In this document: positions 24,101 to 38,059 of the stretch, piece after piece | Numbering within the stretch: the first letter of the stretch is position 1 | Layout of the letters: every line of letters begins with the position of its first letter | Source of the DNA: Amphiscolops sp. MND2022 | Lineage: Eukaryota | Length of the DNA: 64,000 nucleotides | Assembly (NCBI GenBank): GCA_964187785.1 | Contig: OZ076409.1 | Coordinates: 62,312,001-62,376,000 of the forward strand | Direction: 5' to 3' | Position numbers and translations under genes: made by a program | Notes under the pieces: model-generated | What the model was told of the DNA's origin: nothing | Database searches by the model: none | What the model saw: only the letters and a program-made list of their open reading frames with translations

Positions 24101-27100
24101 TCAATGCAAATTTTGTCAAATTTTTGAGACACTTCGCGGCTTCTAATGTTGAAAACGTTAAAAAAAGAAAAAAAGGAAAAAATCGTGTTACGAGAGGCTT
24201 CTTTGAAGATATAATTGCAACTTTTAAATGAAAAAAAAACCATCAATATGAGCGAAATGACAAAAATCAAAAATTCGTTCGTTGTCCAAAATGCTTTTGA
24301 GAAGAAATGAACGCATTTTGTTTCTAAAAACATGCTTCAAACTGCGACCGAAAATGGCAAAAACTCTAAAAGTTCTCAAAATTTTTAATTTTTTATGTAA
24401 TTTCCGTCAAATTTCCGAGAGATTCCGTAAATTAGAACGTTAAAAATGTTCAACAACGAAAGAATTCGTTGTCCGAAAGGGGTTTTTGGGGAAGATATCG
24501 TTTTAATTTTGAATTTATTAACTAATTTTTTTTGGGATTTTTGATTTTCGAACACAATTTTCCGGAATATTTCTATGTTGTCCAAAAGATTTTTGAAAAT
24601 ATGGACGCAGATTTTTAAATGAAACACGCGTTACTTTGACACCAAAGATAATCAAAAATTCCAAAAACTTCAAAATTGATAAGTTCAATACATTCTAATA
24701 CGAACACATTGGTTTGTTGTATCCTTTTTTGATCAGAAAATTACAATGTTTTCAGAACTACATTCAGTCATAAAATGGAAAACCTATAAACATTGGAAAT
24801 GTTTGAGCAAAAAAATGTTAAATTTCTGAACGATTCGGGGACCAAATCAACAACGAGTGCAGTTGATTTCCAGTTGTCTGTGACGATGTATTTATAGATT
24901 TTTGTTTGAAAAATGCATTAAATTAGCTGGAAAAAATCGACAATGTCAAAAATTTCCCATTTTTTTACTCGTTTAGTGATTATTCTGAAACTTTTTGTTA
25001 GTTAAACGGTCCTGTAGCTTCAGATAAATTATCAACCTATGTTATGCAGTACCTTTTTGGAAATTTTCTAAGAAGAACACTATCTCAATGACCCGAAGAT
25101 GTCAAACATCCAAACTTTTTTCCGGACTTTCGAGTTTTCTTGGAACTTTTTCGCTCGCAAGAAGAATGAAAACATCCAACAGCAAGCAAACGCGTTTTAG
25201 AGTAGGGTCTTTGAATACCTATTGCATATTCAGGTTGGAAAAAAGCTTCCAAAAGAGCCAAAAAGACCCAAACGTTCGTATGCAAGTTTGTAAGGTTTTT
25301 CCATTGTTAAAAGAATGAAAACTTACAACAGCGAACAAATGCAACAACCAGTAGTCACGTGAAAAAGACCCTAATAATATTCGAACCCAGAATAGTCGAA
25401 AAGAATTCAATAGTTGACAAATTTTTGACAATTTGGTGAACTTCTAAGACTTACCAAAATTTCATAATTTTGAATTTTCAAAAAACTCAAAAACTTTTCC
25501 TTAGGCATGCTGCACGTTAGAAATTTGCGGTTTTGTGCATTATGAGTTGTAGGAATTCCCCTGAATATTCGAAAAGTCTAAAACTTCTTTGTTCTTGAAA
25601 CTTTTTTGAAAGCCTTCGGAGCGATTTACAATTTTTTTCAATGTGAGCGATTTTTCTTTGTAAAGTTAGAAAGGTGTAAACTTTCTACAACGACTGATCC
25701 CGGTATTCAGTGGGCGTTACTGAAAAAATCTCTGCAGTTTGTTAGAAAAGTTCCTCAAAATGAACGCAAAGTTTTCAAAAAATGTGATTTTTCAAATTTT
25801 GAGGCTTTTAGTGACTTTTGGTGCAAAGATTTTTAAAAAAAATGGAGGGTTAGGTTTTGGTATCCACAAAGTCCCACAACAAAACAAATTTACTATTTAG
25901 TGTGTTCTTGAAGTGTTTTTGAAAAGCGGATGACATTACACTTTTTTGATAAAACTTCTGTGCGTTTTCATAGTGCATTGGCTACTCTTCAGCTTCTCAA
26001 TTATGTCGTTGCTAGAACAGTTTGGACGAAAAATATTCAGCTGATCAGCGGACATCTTGTTTTTTATTGGCTGACTAACCGTTACAACATTAGCTTTTTG
26101 TCGATACAATGCGTTCATTTTAAATTCTTTTTCGGATACTTAGTAGTCATTTTCAAAGCCTAACTTAACGTTGTTAAAAAAATTTAGTGAAGAACACACA
26201 AGCAACGCAAAAAGTGCAAAATTCGCAGTCCTTTTGAAATTAACAATTTAATCATTTTTCTCTTCATTGTTTTCAACACGAGTCCAACAATAAGATGTTT
26301 CTCAAACCGGAATCCATAATTAGTGTAGTGGGTTTGGGGAACATTCCTGGACACAGTGGGGATTTGTACCACCACTCCGGCTCCCCGTCTGGGTGCAGTC
26401 GGGTCCCTTGGCTTCGCTTCGGCTGGTTTAAAAACAGACGAAGGTTCTTCCTCTGGAAACAAAGAGAAATCTCATACCGGAGAGTTAGAGCTTGCAGTGT
26501 TTCAACCATTATTGGGAACAAACGTTTTAGTGTTTCCATTGTTTCGCTGTTTTCATAAAACTGGTGTGAATTGATTGCAAGGATTCGAAGGATTGACAAA
26601 AATACAGGAAAGTTCTAGAAAGGATATTGCGTGGTCATGTCACAACAGCATCAGTGAATTGTGGTCCAAAAAATTCATCACGAATCAAGTCTCAAGCGAT
26701 ACGAATTAGGTGGATTCAACTGTATTTCGAAATCAGTCAACGCCATAATACGAATTACAGAATGAAATTTGATCAAGTAGAGAAAACTGTATGCTGTCTG
26801 ATTAGTCAAAAAACATTTGAAGAGAGTGCAATAACAACCTTTGTGTTTTCTCAAACGCGAGAATATGCAGAAGGCGATGATTATGGCCACTATGATTATA
26901 ACGATGGCAGCCACGATGAAGATGATGATTAGCAGCCTCACCTCACTGAAAACACATAATCTCATCACTTATGAACTCCGATCATAATTGTGATGAATCA
27001 TTGAAGGTGATTTTGATTTAAAGCGGCATAAATCAAGCTCCGCTCAAGGCTCAAAAATATATAAGGATCAGAATTTATCTCAGAGTTGTATATATTGAAC

Positions 27101-30100
27101 AGTCAAGTTCAATTTGAAAAAAAAATTGAACACCGGCTAACTTAACTTAACTAGGCTAACTTGACTTCAAACTCGGGAAAAGGCCAAAACAGAATGAAAT
27201 AGATTTTCATAAATATCCGGCTGGAACTGAACCGTACACTTTAGATTGTGAGTTGGACTCCGTAATCTAAAATATCAGTGGCATCATGCCGCACTACAGT
27301 GCGTATGTGAGAAGTTTATCGCGATATGAAACTCTTTGTCAGCGATATCGAGTGTCTTTAGCTTTTTGGTACCATCACGACCTCTGGTTCCAACAGCACT
27401 GAATTTTTTCAAAATAAGTTCACAAGTTTGGTTTTTTTTAGTCGGCACTTTCAATAGAAACTATGAGACTTTTTCAGAAATTATCAACTTTCGAGACCTT
27501 CCTTTCAAAATAGGGTTTTTTGATGTTTCGAATTAGGGAAAATGTTGTTTTCGAGTCTTATGGGGATCCCTCCGGTTATTTTTTGGCACTGTAAATTTGA
27601 TAAAATTTTCACAATATTGTGCTTCTGCATAGTTAACAAACTTTATCTGTTTGAACCTTGAAAGGGGCGCCGACTTGGACAGTTCCCAGCTTCTTTTTTT
27701 TCAAGATCAGTGAACTGACACGTTTCTATCAGTTCTATAACCTGTAACTAACTTGATAACTTCCTCTTGCTTTTTCACCTAGCGGTTAACGCGGATTAAC
27801 AGGCCTGAGAAGCAAGAGTTTGGGTTTTTTGCCACTATGCGACATTTGATCTGACAATTTGTCAATGATAAGTTGTGATCGATTATAGGGTGTTAAGATA
27901 CTAACAGTTTCGGTGTTGGTCCTTCCCGATTTGTTCTTTTTCATTGGTGCTTTCTGTAGGAAAAAACCCCAACTCTCACGGTAGCAGGTTTTAGGTTTTA
28001 GAACACAGACCCACACTGAATGATCCTCTTTTTGAACAGACTTTTCGTTGTAAAGTGCATAGTGTGGTGCTAAAGGGTGCTCCCTTTATTTTGTTTTGCA
28101 TTTTCATAGAACTGGATGAGGAAATGGCCTCATTAGGTTTTTGTAATCGTTTCAGTTAGAAAAAAGTTCAGTTCTGCCTCAAAATTAGAAATGCCGTCTC
28201 TGGATGCATGAAGGGTTTTAACCTTTGAATTATGCCAACTTGTCACATTTTCAAAAGTTTGAACGAAAGTCGAAGTTTTTCTCAAATTTTCAATGTTGCA
28301 TAAAAAAGTGTCAGTGATGAATGTACCGAAGGGTTGCCCTTTATTAGGGAAAAATTGAGTCAGCATATTCACTGGGATTCGTTGTTTTTTAAAACCGATT
28401 ACAAGTTCTAGTTTTTGAACAAGGGAATATTTTGAAATGCAATTTGTGACAGAAAATTTGCTCCTGTACAACCATGTACTACCTGGTACCTACATACAAT
28501 CTCTTGTCGAAGCGGGAAACAGGTTAGAAAGTTAGCTAACCTTTCGTCGAAGGTGATATTGAAATAGCAAGCAGACTCAGAATCAATGCACTCCATGTGG
28601 TCGGGACAAGACCTGTCATTGTAGCAAAGTTTGCCCTGCGAATTAAACTGATACGTCGTGCAGCACACCTCCTCCGCAGCCTCAGCCCGATTGAAGCAGC
28701 ATCTCAGATTGGAAAAGTTATCCAAATCACAATAAGTCGAGGAGGCCTGCGATTCGCTGCATTTCTTGCCTATTTTGTCACTCTGAAAGCGAGGAAAAAA
28801 CTCAGGGCAATTCTTTTTCTTTGTACAGACCAATTATCAATAACAATCAACCTTGGTTTTGCCATTATTATTTTCCGCCCATATTCCATATTAGAAAGTC
28901 AAATATTCAAATCAAACGTTTTTTTTTTCAAAATTTGTTAAGCTCCAAATTTATATTTAAATTGAACGATGTCACCCATGGATTTCAACTCACATAATTT
29001 TGGCTCCGTGCGATATGTATTTGTAGAGATTCTTGGACATTTTTTATTGACCCCAAGGACCTCAGAATGACACAACAATGACCCCAAAAATGTGAGACCA
29101 TCGAAGTAAGAAAGCAGATTTTCATCAGAAAAATGCCTCACATTGAGACTGGAATTTAACTGAAAACTTCTGATTTTTTACAATTTTATGCAATTTCGTG
29201 AAACGTTTGCAAGACTTCATGGACTGGAGTAACGAAAACGTTTAACAAGGCAAGAAACCGTTTTTCATTAGACTTTTAGGATGAGACAATTGCAGTTTTC
29301 TCTGTGAAACATTGCTCAAATTGGCATCGAAAGTGACAAAAATTCCAAATTTTTCTGGTTTCCTTAGTCTTTTTATACAATTTTTGTCAATTTTTTGACA
29401 GACTTCGTGAATTAGAAAGTTGAAAAGGTCAACAAGGAAAAAGTTTGTCGTCCAGCAGGCTTAGTGAAGAGATAACTGCAGTTTTTCAACTAAAAAATCA
29501 CTCGAATTGGCACATTAAAAATCGAAAATTTTCCTATTTTCAACATTGCAATAGGATTTTTGTCAAATTACCGATAAATTTTGTGGACTAGAATGTTTAA
29601 ACTGTACAAAAAAGGAGGAACTCATTGTCCAGAAGCATTTTGTCAGGAGAATGTAGTTCGTGATAGAAATATGCCTCAAATTGCCCCGGAAAAAGTAGAA
29701 AAATCTAAAGTTTTCAAGTTTTGTAAAATTTGGAAGTTTTTATGCGTTAGAAGTTCCCAAATTTTCCAAAATGAAAGAATGAGCTGTGCAGTCGCCTTTG
29801 AAGTGAACATTGCAGCATTTTCCTTCAAAACTTCAAAAGAACTCCTTTTGGGTCGACTTTTTACGTCTATATGCAACTTGTGCGTACTTTTTGAAATGTC
29901 AGAATAATGAAAACGTTCAACGCCGTTTGACGGCGTTAACCGAAAGGTTTTTGGAAGACATTAATGCGGATTTCTGTTTTAAAATCCATCAAAATTGACA
30001 ACAAAAAATCGCAAATTTGGGAACTTTTTTGGCCATTTTTGCCATTTTCTGTGACTTTTCATTTACGATTACAAACATTTAGCAAGATGAAAGCTTCGAA

Positions 30101-32681
30101 AAAGAACAAGGAACAGATACTATAACAAGTTCGAGCACGCCTTTCAAAGTGAATTTTGTACTTTTTATGACGCAACTTTACCTCAGATAGACCCAAATGT
30201 GAAGTTTTTGACTGTTTTCATGCAGTGTTTGTTTAATTTCGGAGCAGTTTCTTTGTTTTGAATGGTATAAAAAAAACCGAGTAACGACTAATGCTAATGT
30301 CCAGTCAGACTATTTGAAAAAATAACAACAATATCTTGTTAGAGTTGGCCTCAGAAACACCCCAAAATCCAATAGCACGTTTTCTGAAAAATTAATCCCA
30401 ACTTTTTTTCAACAAACGAAAATTTGTGTAGAATAGTACTTTAATTTACCTGAACGTCGAAACAATAGGGTATTCGAAATTCAATTCGGGAAAGAAAGTG
30501 AGATAAAGTTCCTCAAATTTGACAACAAAGGTGGCAAAAGTTCCAAATTTTCTCAATTTTCGTCAACATAGTCCCAATTTTGGACTCTCTCCGAATGCTT
30601 AAACTAAGTCGAATCTCCGAAAGCTCGAAACTGAAACCGAAAAGCTACCGTTAGTGTTTCAGAGATTTATGACAAAATGTTTTGCAACATGTCAAAAAAA
30701 TTTGACTCGAAAACGTTGTTTTTTTACGCTATTTGTCAAATATTTCATACTCAAAGAGCTCCATGGAAAAACACTAGCGATGCAGTACGGCTCCCAAAGG
30801 AAAGTGTTTTTGCAGTTTCCCTCGTAGGAAGCAAACCTCAGAAAAACACATAAATCAATAAATTTTTTTGGTTCCCATGAAAATTTTTGGAAAGTTTCCG
30901 AGCATTTTCGTGGGTTTGAATAGTGTAAACATTCAACAGCGAGCAAACTCGGGTTCCAGTAGGCTTTTTAGAAGAGACATTTGCAGTTTCTTGTTAGAAA
31001 ATTTCCTCAAACTGACCTCATAGTAGTCGAAAATATCAAAAGTTTCCAATTTTGACATTTTTGGTGACGTTGTGTGCAAAAATATAAGGCTGGACCGGCA
31101 CTAGTCGGCGCCCCGCTCAGGTTTTCCAAAACGCTATGATGATTTTTTCGAATATTTACCAAATTATCAGTGCCAAAAGTACCCCAAGAAATACACCTGA
31201 GACTCGGAAACCATTGTTCCCCAACTGGAGACACAAAATTTTTTTTTGAAAAGATTTTTTTCCGGAAAAGTCCCATAGTGCCGAAAAAGATTTCAACTCG
31301 CAAAACTGCTTTTTTTCAAGCTCGAATTAGTTATGAAAATGTAGGGGTACCCTTTGACCAAATGAAAGTTTCGGAAAGACGCACAGAGCCGAAAAAGCTG
31401 AGAAAAGGTGTTTTCGATAATCATTAGGAAAACTCATCAGTTCCACAGGATCAAAAAGTAACAAGGAGGTCAACCTCAAATCTCCAGCAGTGTGGAGTTA
31501 GTTACCTGAAAGGTTGAATTTTTGGTAGAACTATTTTGGACAGATCAGGTGTATCGAAAACGAACTGAAGAAAAGCCATGACTGTAGTCGTGTTTCCTCA
31601 TGCTCATGTGTTTCCTTTTTTTACGTGCGTCTTCTTGAAATTTGACCAAGTAAGATTTTGAACGTTAAAGAGATACCCAAAAGATGTTCATAAACATGTC
31701 TTCAGTCCGTGCTTTGAGCAAAAGAGCATATTATTACAGTGACTATAGTGAATGCTTCTTGTGCGGATGAAAACTAGCTAAACTAGCAATCCAGTCCGAA
31801 AACTAGCGCATGATTGGCAAAAACTTCCCTTTTGCTGTTTTTTTTGCAGCAGTTGCAGGCAATTTCTGTTAGCTGTCGGTTTTTGTAAACTGTTTCTGAA
31901 ATACCAGCCGCTTGCAGTGACTTAGTTATGTAGTTGTTGTTTTACAAATCCTTGTTTTTCTTAGAAAATTTTAGTTCCCTCAGCCTTGTGCAAGTAACGT
32001 TTTTGAACTGTTTTGGAGCAAAGTCAACTTCATTTTTTGTCATACACATTGCCTAATACTGGAAACAATATTTCATTGCTAATAGTTTAAAAATGTCCGA
32101 CCAGCATTTTGCTTGATTCGAAAGGAGGCCCCTTAAAAAACGTACTAAAAACGCTGTTCTGGGAACATCAAAAAAATCAAAGCCAGAACCTTTTTGTGGA
32201 AAAATTTTGGGGAAATGGCACAGTGCCAAAAACCCACATAGCTTTGTAATTCAAACAATAATCTCCAAATGAACGCAAGAACCTTTGAGTCCTTCTAACA
32301 CTCTTTAGATCTTCCGCTTTTTGTAAAACCATTTTAGGTATTTCGACTGGATTTTTCAAAAAACGAATATAGCAGCCGCATAATAATTCATATAGCACCA
32401 AAAAAAGGTCGGACCATGAAGTTGATTCATTTCCAGGCTTAATGCACACACTTACCTCCAAGGCAGTGCAACATCTGTGTCCATCGCAGCACTGTTGATC
32501 GGCGGGACAGGGACAGGGCTGGCCGACCTTCCTTACCTCTTGCTCCGAACAACAGCGGTAGTCGGGGCAGCAGTAGCTAGCTCCCTCCAAGTACTTGGCC
32601 TCACATTCGGCACTCGTGACCAGCTACAGAAACCCCACGACAGAGATGTTGAAATATAGGCATAGAAAAAAATAAACTCAT
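21153..32681 (-). CDS. Cysteine-rich type I membrane protein with PPxY tail (Shisa/WBP1/VOPP1-like architecture), ~436 aa; exons 32681-32456 (1-bp frameshift near 32607), 28782-28541, 26945-26839, 26452-26308, 22851-22552, 21444-21153
   Basis: All five introns GT-AG with matching phases; repeated GxxC..C..CC..CC ectodomain units; TM helix LLIIIFIVAAIVIIIVAIIIAFC followed by a basic stop-transfer; RPPSY and RPPRY motifs; 5' end uncertain. Confidence 0.75.
22058..22141. repeat. Perfect 42-bp tandem duplication (intronic)
   Basis: AGAACAAAAGTCAACTTACAGTTCCCAGCAGTAATACTTTTG x2. Confidence 0.9.
23146..23213 (+). other. tRNA-derived sequence (A and B boxes) inside a HINE-like element starting ~23028; not a functional tRNA
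   Basis: GGTGGCCTAGTAATTGG ... GGGTTCGAAATC followed by a T run; acceptor stem does not pair fully. Confidence 0.5.
28940..31070 (+). repeat. Old dispersed repeat with degenerate internal periodicity; related heads at ~23923 and ~36985
   Basis: Shared head CCAAATTT...GTCACCCA..GAATTCA.CTCA...GAGATTYTTGGAC at three loci. Confidence 0.45.
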
Positions 32682-33984
32682 TCCTAACAACTGAAAGTTT
32701 TTCAAAAACTAATTCATAACCAGTTAACTACCAAACAAATCACTGTGTTTGATTTTTTCTGCAAGGAAATGCTGCGTTTTTTGGCGACTTTCTTACATAC
32801 TTCGTTTGATTCGTATGAACTCTCAACCATCCGAAATGGTTTGGAATTAAGTTCACTAAATTGCACATTCTCCCCACGCCAACGCCAGGGTTACTTTGTT
32901 GAAACGTTTCAAGGTTGTTGTTCAACAACCATTTAACCATTTAAATTTTTCAACTATATGGTTAAAGTATTTGGTGAACAATGTGGTACAAAGTGTAACT
33001 CCACTCAGCAATTCTGAACATAGAAATGGTTTTTCGATGAATTTCTTGTGTACTTTCTCGCAATGTTTCATTGAATGGAAAAAAGGCAATTATATATACC
33101 TAACAAACATTTTCAACATCCCGCGTCCAGATTAGAGACTTCAGTACATTCCTTCTCCGACTCCACGTAACTCAGCAAAACACCCAGCCATAAAAAGGCT
33201 GTTAGTTTAATCCTGAATGAGTATCTGGGTAGAAATGTGGTAATATCCAGAGAGACCCAGGCGTAATTCATACGTACCAAAAGCTTCAAATTGAGAAGCG
33301 TCAAAAAAAGAAAACCGAAAAACAAGTTCGAGCCGATTTATTTGAATACTGGCAAGTATTTGTATGCTGTGTATAACACGGTCTGAATTAAATTTGTGGC
33401 AATTTCATTGTGTAAGCAGTACCATGCGATGAATCATCTGGTAGTGGCCAGTCTATGTTTGAGTCGGTGGTATACAGTGCTCTGGAAGTACAGACACGAA
33501 TAAACGCACCAGTATAAGAACCGCGTTTGGCGCTTGCTTTTTCTATTCAGCTATAGCTTTTTTTCAATACACGTGAATGTTTTATTCACTATGCTGCAAC
33601 GAGTTTAAAATGCCTCTGAATTATTTTTGCGTCATTTTTTGATCAAAATTTTGTGATTAATGAATCAAAAAAGACCTTTTCACGGATATTTGAACAGAAA
33701 CACATACATACATATCAACCAACAAGTTAATGTTTACTCTTGTTAATGTTATCGTGCCAAATTGAGCCGAAAAGTACGTTTAATTTGTAGGAAAACTGTT
33801 TTTACTTTGCAACATAGCGGTTTTATTTCAAATTGTGTTGTATGAAATATGGAAGCTACAGAAACTTGAGGAAATAACCACCGATTAGCATGAATGTTAT
33901 GGAATCATAGAAAATGCAGTGAACTGCAGACAAAACACGTTTAACGTAATGCAATTTTTTGCACGTTTGAAACATATATATCAT

Positions 33985-34363
33985 GGTGCAACTTCAATTC
34001 GTCGAACATTCAAATCGTCGAAAAATGCAAAGCTATTCAATGCGTCGAAAAAATTCCATATCAGCGATTATTTTCATTTGGTTATATTTTGTGGCGAATA
34101 GCATATCTGTTGTATGGCTCGGTCGCTTCGCTCCCTTCGCCAAGTAGCAACATTGAGGCATGGCCATATGGCACTTCGCTCCGCTTCGCTTCGCTCCTGC
34201 ATTTAGGGCACTAGAGGTATGTGAACATATCTGACTACGTTATCGTAATTTTGAATGCTCGAATACGATTGGTCGAAACCAATTCATTCCATTACGTCAT
34301 ACCATGCTCGCTAAATTAATACGTGTTCGACGAATTGAATGTTCGACGAATTGAACAGTCCCC
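33985..34363. mobile_element. Mutator-type MITE carrying the GCGAAGC-rich core module
   Basis: Perfect 9-bp TSD ATATATCAT (33976-33984, 34364-34372); GG-starting TIRs with TTCAATTCGTCGAACA subrepeats; core at 34109-34243 on the minus strand. Confidence 0.85.
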
Positions 34364-35699
34364 ATATATCATAAAAGTTAATCTACATATTAGGCTGTTA
34401 TTTGGTTTTTCATGCGCGTTTACCTTTTAACAGGCTTGCGACAGTAGATGATTTGCTCAGTCAACGTTCTCCAAAGGTTACGTTAAGAACATTCGAGTAA
34501 TCACGTCATCGTACTAAAAATCCTTTCTCAATATTTGGGTAGCTCAATACGGAAGAAACAAAATACGGAAGAAACAAAAAATTTCAACAAAAACGCATCT
34601 TTCATTCTGTGAGATTTCTGAGTCAGTTCACAGCTGTTGTGTGGAATAATCCTTAGAAAAAATCGATACAAAACCCACCAGCAAGTGATGAAACACCAAG
34701 TGAAATTGAAAGAGCCCAAAAGAAAAAAGACTTCACATATTAAAAAACAGCGTATTTACCTTTGTTACAAAAACTATGATAGATTCAGTAAAAAGTAATG
34801 TACAAATAGAAAAAAGAAAAAAAATTGAGGTTGAAATTAGAAAAACAATAATCCAAATTGAAAATCCCTCCAACCTTTTTTAAACCGTAATCCGGTCTAA
34901 CATTTTTCTTTTCAAGCTGTTTGAGGGAAAAAGCTGGTCTTTTTTCATATAGTTGTATAAGAGTATGACTGTTTTCAATCTTTTTGTAACATGTTCTATG
35001 AAGAGATAGTTTCTTTAAAAAAACTGTTTCACATGAAAGTCTCTCACAGCACAGAGTATATACAAGTATATTTGTTCTTTCAAAAAAATCTGAGATGAGC
35101 GGTTAATGGTTCATTTTCATCAATGAGAGCACGGACGGAATTAATTTTTCATATCCTTAGATAACGTACGGATTTCATGTTGAGCAAAACTCGTACCGAT
35201 AAAATATTATACAATAATTTCAGATCTGAGGAAATATCAAATTTTGTGCCAAAGAAACATGCCTTAATTGCCCAATTAAGCATTTTCTATAACGTGGAAA
35301 TCAGATTCTCAGATTTTGTGCAATAAAACAGCCGAGTATTGTAGCCGACCAACTACCAATGCATTTAACTGCAACAATCGCGATCATTTCAGAAAATGGG
35401 GTTCATAGTAAGTACAAGCATTTGATACCACAACCCAAGTACTGCAAAATATTTTACTTCATTGTGAAATGTAAGATTCTGATCAAGGAATTATCCCAGA
35501 CATTGGACTGCATTCGAATGTTTTATTAGTTGAACTTTCACGCATAATCTGCAACTTTTGGCATCGTTATCTTTTGATGGTTCACGGAAAGCTGTAACTT
35601 CTTGAATTATAATACGTAAGTAACAAAACGAGTAAGTTGTAAATATAATAATATTTAAAGGCTGGTCATTCAAAATGTACATTTCAAGCCCAAAAAAGA

Positions 35700-36190
35700 C
35701 CTGCGATAAAAAAGCGCAGCATCATAGAAAGAAAGTAATCAATTGACGCATGGCTGATAGGTTCTTACAGGAAGCGCCATCTTTACAGAACGGAGCAGAG
35801 AATAGGAACATGAGGCTGAGATGAAGAAGTGGGACTCAATTTTACATCCATCAACGCCTAAATAACCAAGATATCGAGGGTTTAATTGAAATTTTCTCAT
35901 ATGTATTTGTGTGACGTTTTGCAGCAAGACAATGCTTCAGCTCAGAAACGGTGTTTAGGTTTTTGAAAACCGGCCACTGAAGTCGCCAGATCTCAATATT
36001 ACAGAAACTTGGTAGTCTATTTTAAAAGACAGAGTTGCGAAGCGACAGCACAAAACTATAAAGAACTAGGAAATTTTCCGCTCGATAAATTTCACTTCTT
36101 GAGAATTATATGCAATCACTTTTCAATTCAATAAAAAATCGGTTGATTCTTACTGAAATTAACTGGGGAGGTTTCACCCGATATTGAAAG
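35700..36190 (+). pseudogene. Highly decayed Tc1 transposase 3' remnant
   Basis: QQDNA.A, KSPDLNI.E.W and GGFTRY* recognisable across frameshifts. Confidence 0.5.
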
Positions 36191-37579
36191 CTTCAAAGTT
36201 GTACCTCATTCCAAAAATTATTTCAATGTTTTCATGCTGTTAATCAATTGAAGTTTTTTATTCAGTCCCCATTTCGTTTTGACAGCCCGACGTTAAATTT
36301 CTTCATCACAGTACTATACTCTTTGGACCTCCGTGGAGATAAAATTTCATTTACCTTGCAATGTGCTTTAAAGGTTGCACCTACTTTCGAGGTAGACTGA
36401 GATCTCAATTGGTCTATTGTTAACCAAGGTAATATTTGTCAAGGTAATAGCATCGAGCGGTTTTCCATGTTGTTCCATTAGCGGCATTGAGTCTACTTGG
36501 GTGTCAAAGTGTTCAATCTTTTTATCAAGAGCCGTTCGAAAGAATATTACTGATTTTACTCAAAATCTTGAAAAAATCCAAGTTTGATCAGCGAGTCATC
36601 GATACTAGTTCTATTTATATTAATTTTCGCTGGCTCACATAAAGCCGGGCCCTCTATATTTAGAGTGACGAAGCGAATCGCTTCCCTGGACATTGCAAAT
36701 GAAGACAGTTAGGGCGACACCATCACTTTCAACAGAAATAGAATCCACTTTGCTTCGCTGAGAGGTCCCATTTTCCATTCTCTGTCTCAGATGCTCTCTA
36801 GCAACGAGGAGCTTCAGTACTGTTAACTCCGCTATGACAGCAATAGTTGAGAAAAGGAAGCGTCCAAGGTGTTCTTATTTTTCGCCCACATAAATGGAGG
36901 AGGAAAATCATGATCTGTGTTGCGTTTTTTTCCAATTCTGCCAAGTTTTTATAATCTGATGCTTATAAAAGCTGGCAATTGGCTGTATCCGAACTTGATT
37001 TCAAATTGAAGGGTGTCACCCACAGAATTCAGCTCAAATAAAATTAACTTCCTGCCATATGTACTTGTCGAGATTTTTGGACTTTTTTGGGAATGACGAA
37101 AATGACCACGAAAATAACAAAAATTCCGAAATTTCCCAATTTTAACGTTTTTATGCAATTTTTGTCTATTTTTCGATGGACTTCGAGAGATCATTGCGGT
37201 TTTCTCCTTGAAAAATTTATCAAATTGACAACGAAAATGACAAAAAACACAAAAAATTTTCACTTTTCAATGTTTTCATGCAATTTTTCGACAGATTATT
37301 GTTTGTCCATTTTTGTTATTCAATGTTATTGCCGCTTCAGATCAAACAATTGATGTTTTTACTTTGAAATATGCTTATTAGTAACAGAATTCCATCCTTA
37401 GATTAGATGAAAATGAGAGCATCAAAATTAGGTGTTTCGTCTCAAAAAAATTTTGATGTTTTTAATTTGGCCAAAAGGGCTTGTTTTTGATGTTCTCAAT
37501 ATGGCCTGTTGTGTTATAAGGAGGGAATCTTCTTACTACTCCCAAAGGATCCCAATTGGACTTTTTTGGCACTGAGATT

Positions 37580-38056
37580 GGTTGGGCGACAATTCGTCCC
37601 AAGCGACAATTCGTCCCAAATTCCAAAAAGCGACAATTCGTCCCAAGCGGCAATTCTTCCCATTTTGAAAAGACGACAATTCGTCCCATTTGTAAAAAGC
37701 GACAATTTGTCCCAAAGTAATTAATTGATCAGCTAATTAACAACCTTTTGAAGATTGGTATCAAATATTTCAACAAATAACCTACAAGTGATTACATTTA
37801 AGCATTAAGTTACATTACATTTAAGACCTATTCATTGGTGTTAAGCCTCTAATTGCAATATTTCCGGATATATTATTACAAAAGTATTGATCGGCAATTA
37901 CATTGGGGACAAATTGCAGCTTTTAATAATTGAGACAAATTGTCGCTTTTTCAAAATGGGACGAATTGACGCTTGGGACGAATTGTCGCTTTTTGGAATT
38001 TGGGACGAATTGTCGCTTGGGACGAATCGTCGCTTGAGGCGAATTGTCGCTTTACG
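37580..38056. mobile_element. Second copy of the 17-bp-subrepeat foldback/Mutator-type MITE
   Basis: GCGACAATTCGTCCCAA repeats at left, inverted at right; internal sequence similar to 250-835; degenerate TSD sharing TGAGAT. Confidence 0.85.
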
Positions 38057-38059
38057 GGT

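Noticed and set aside
26627..26932. Plus-strand ORF with a D/Y/H-rich tail
   Set aside because: Antisense read of the transmembrane exon
33113..33325. Hydrophobic ORF as the signal-peptide exon of the Cys-rich gene
   Set aside because: Starts at TTG with an in-frame TAA just upstream and no ATG; more likely UTR or intron
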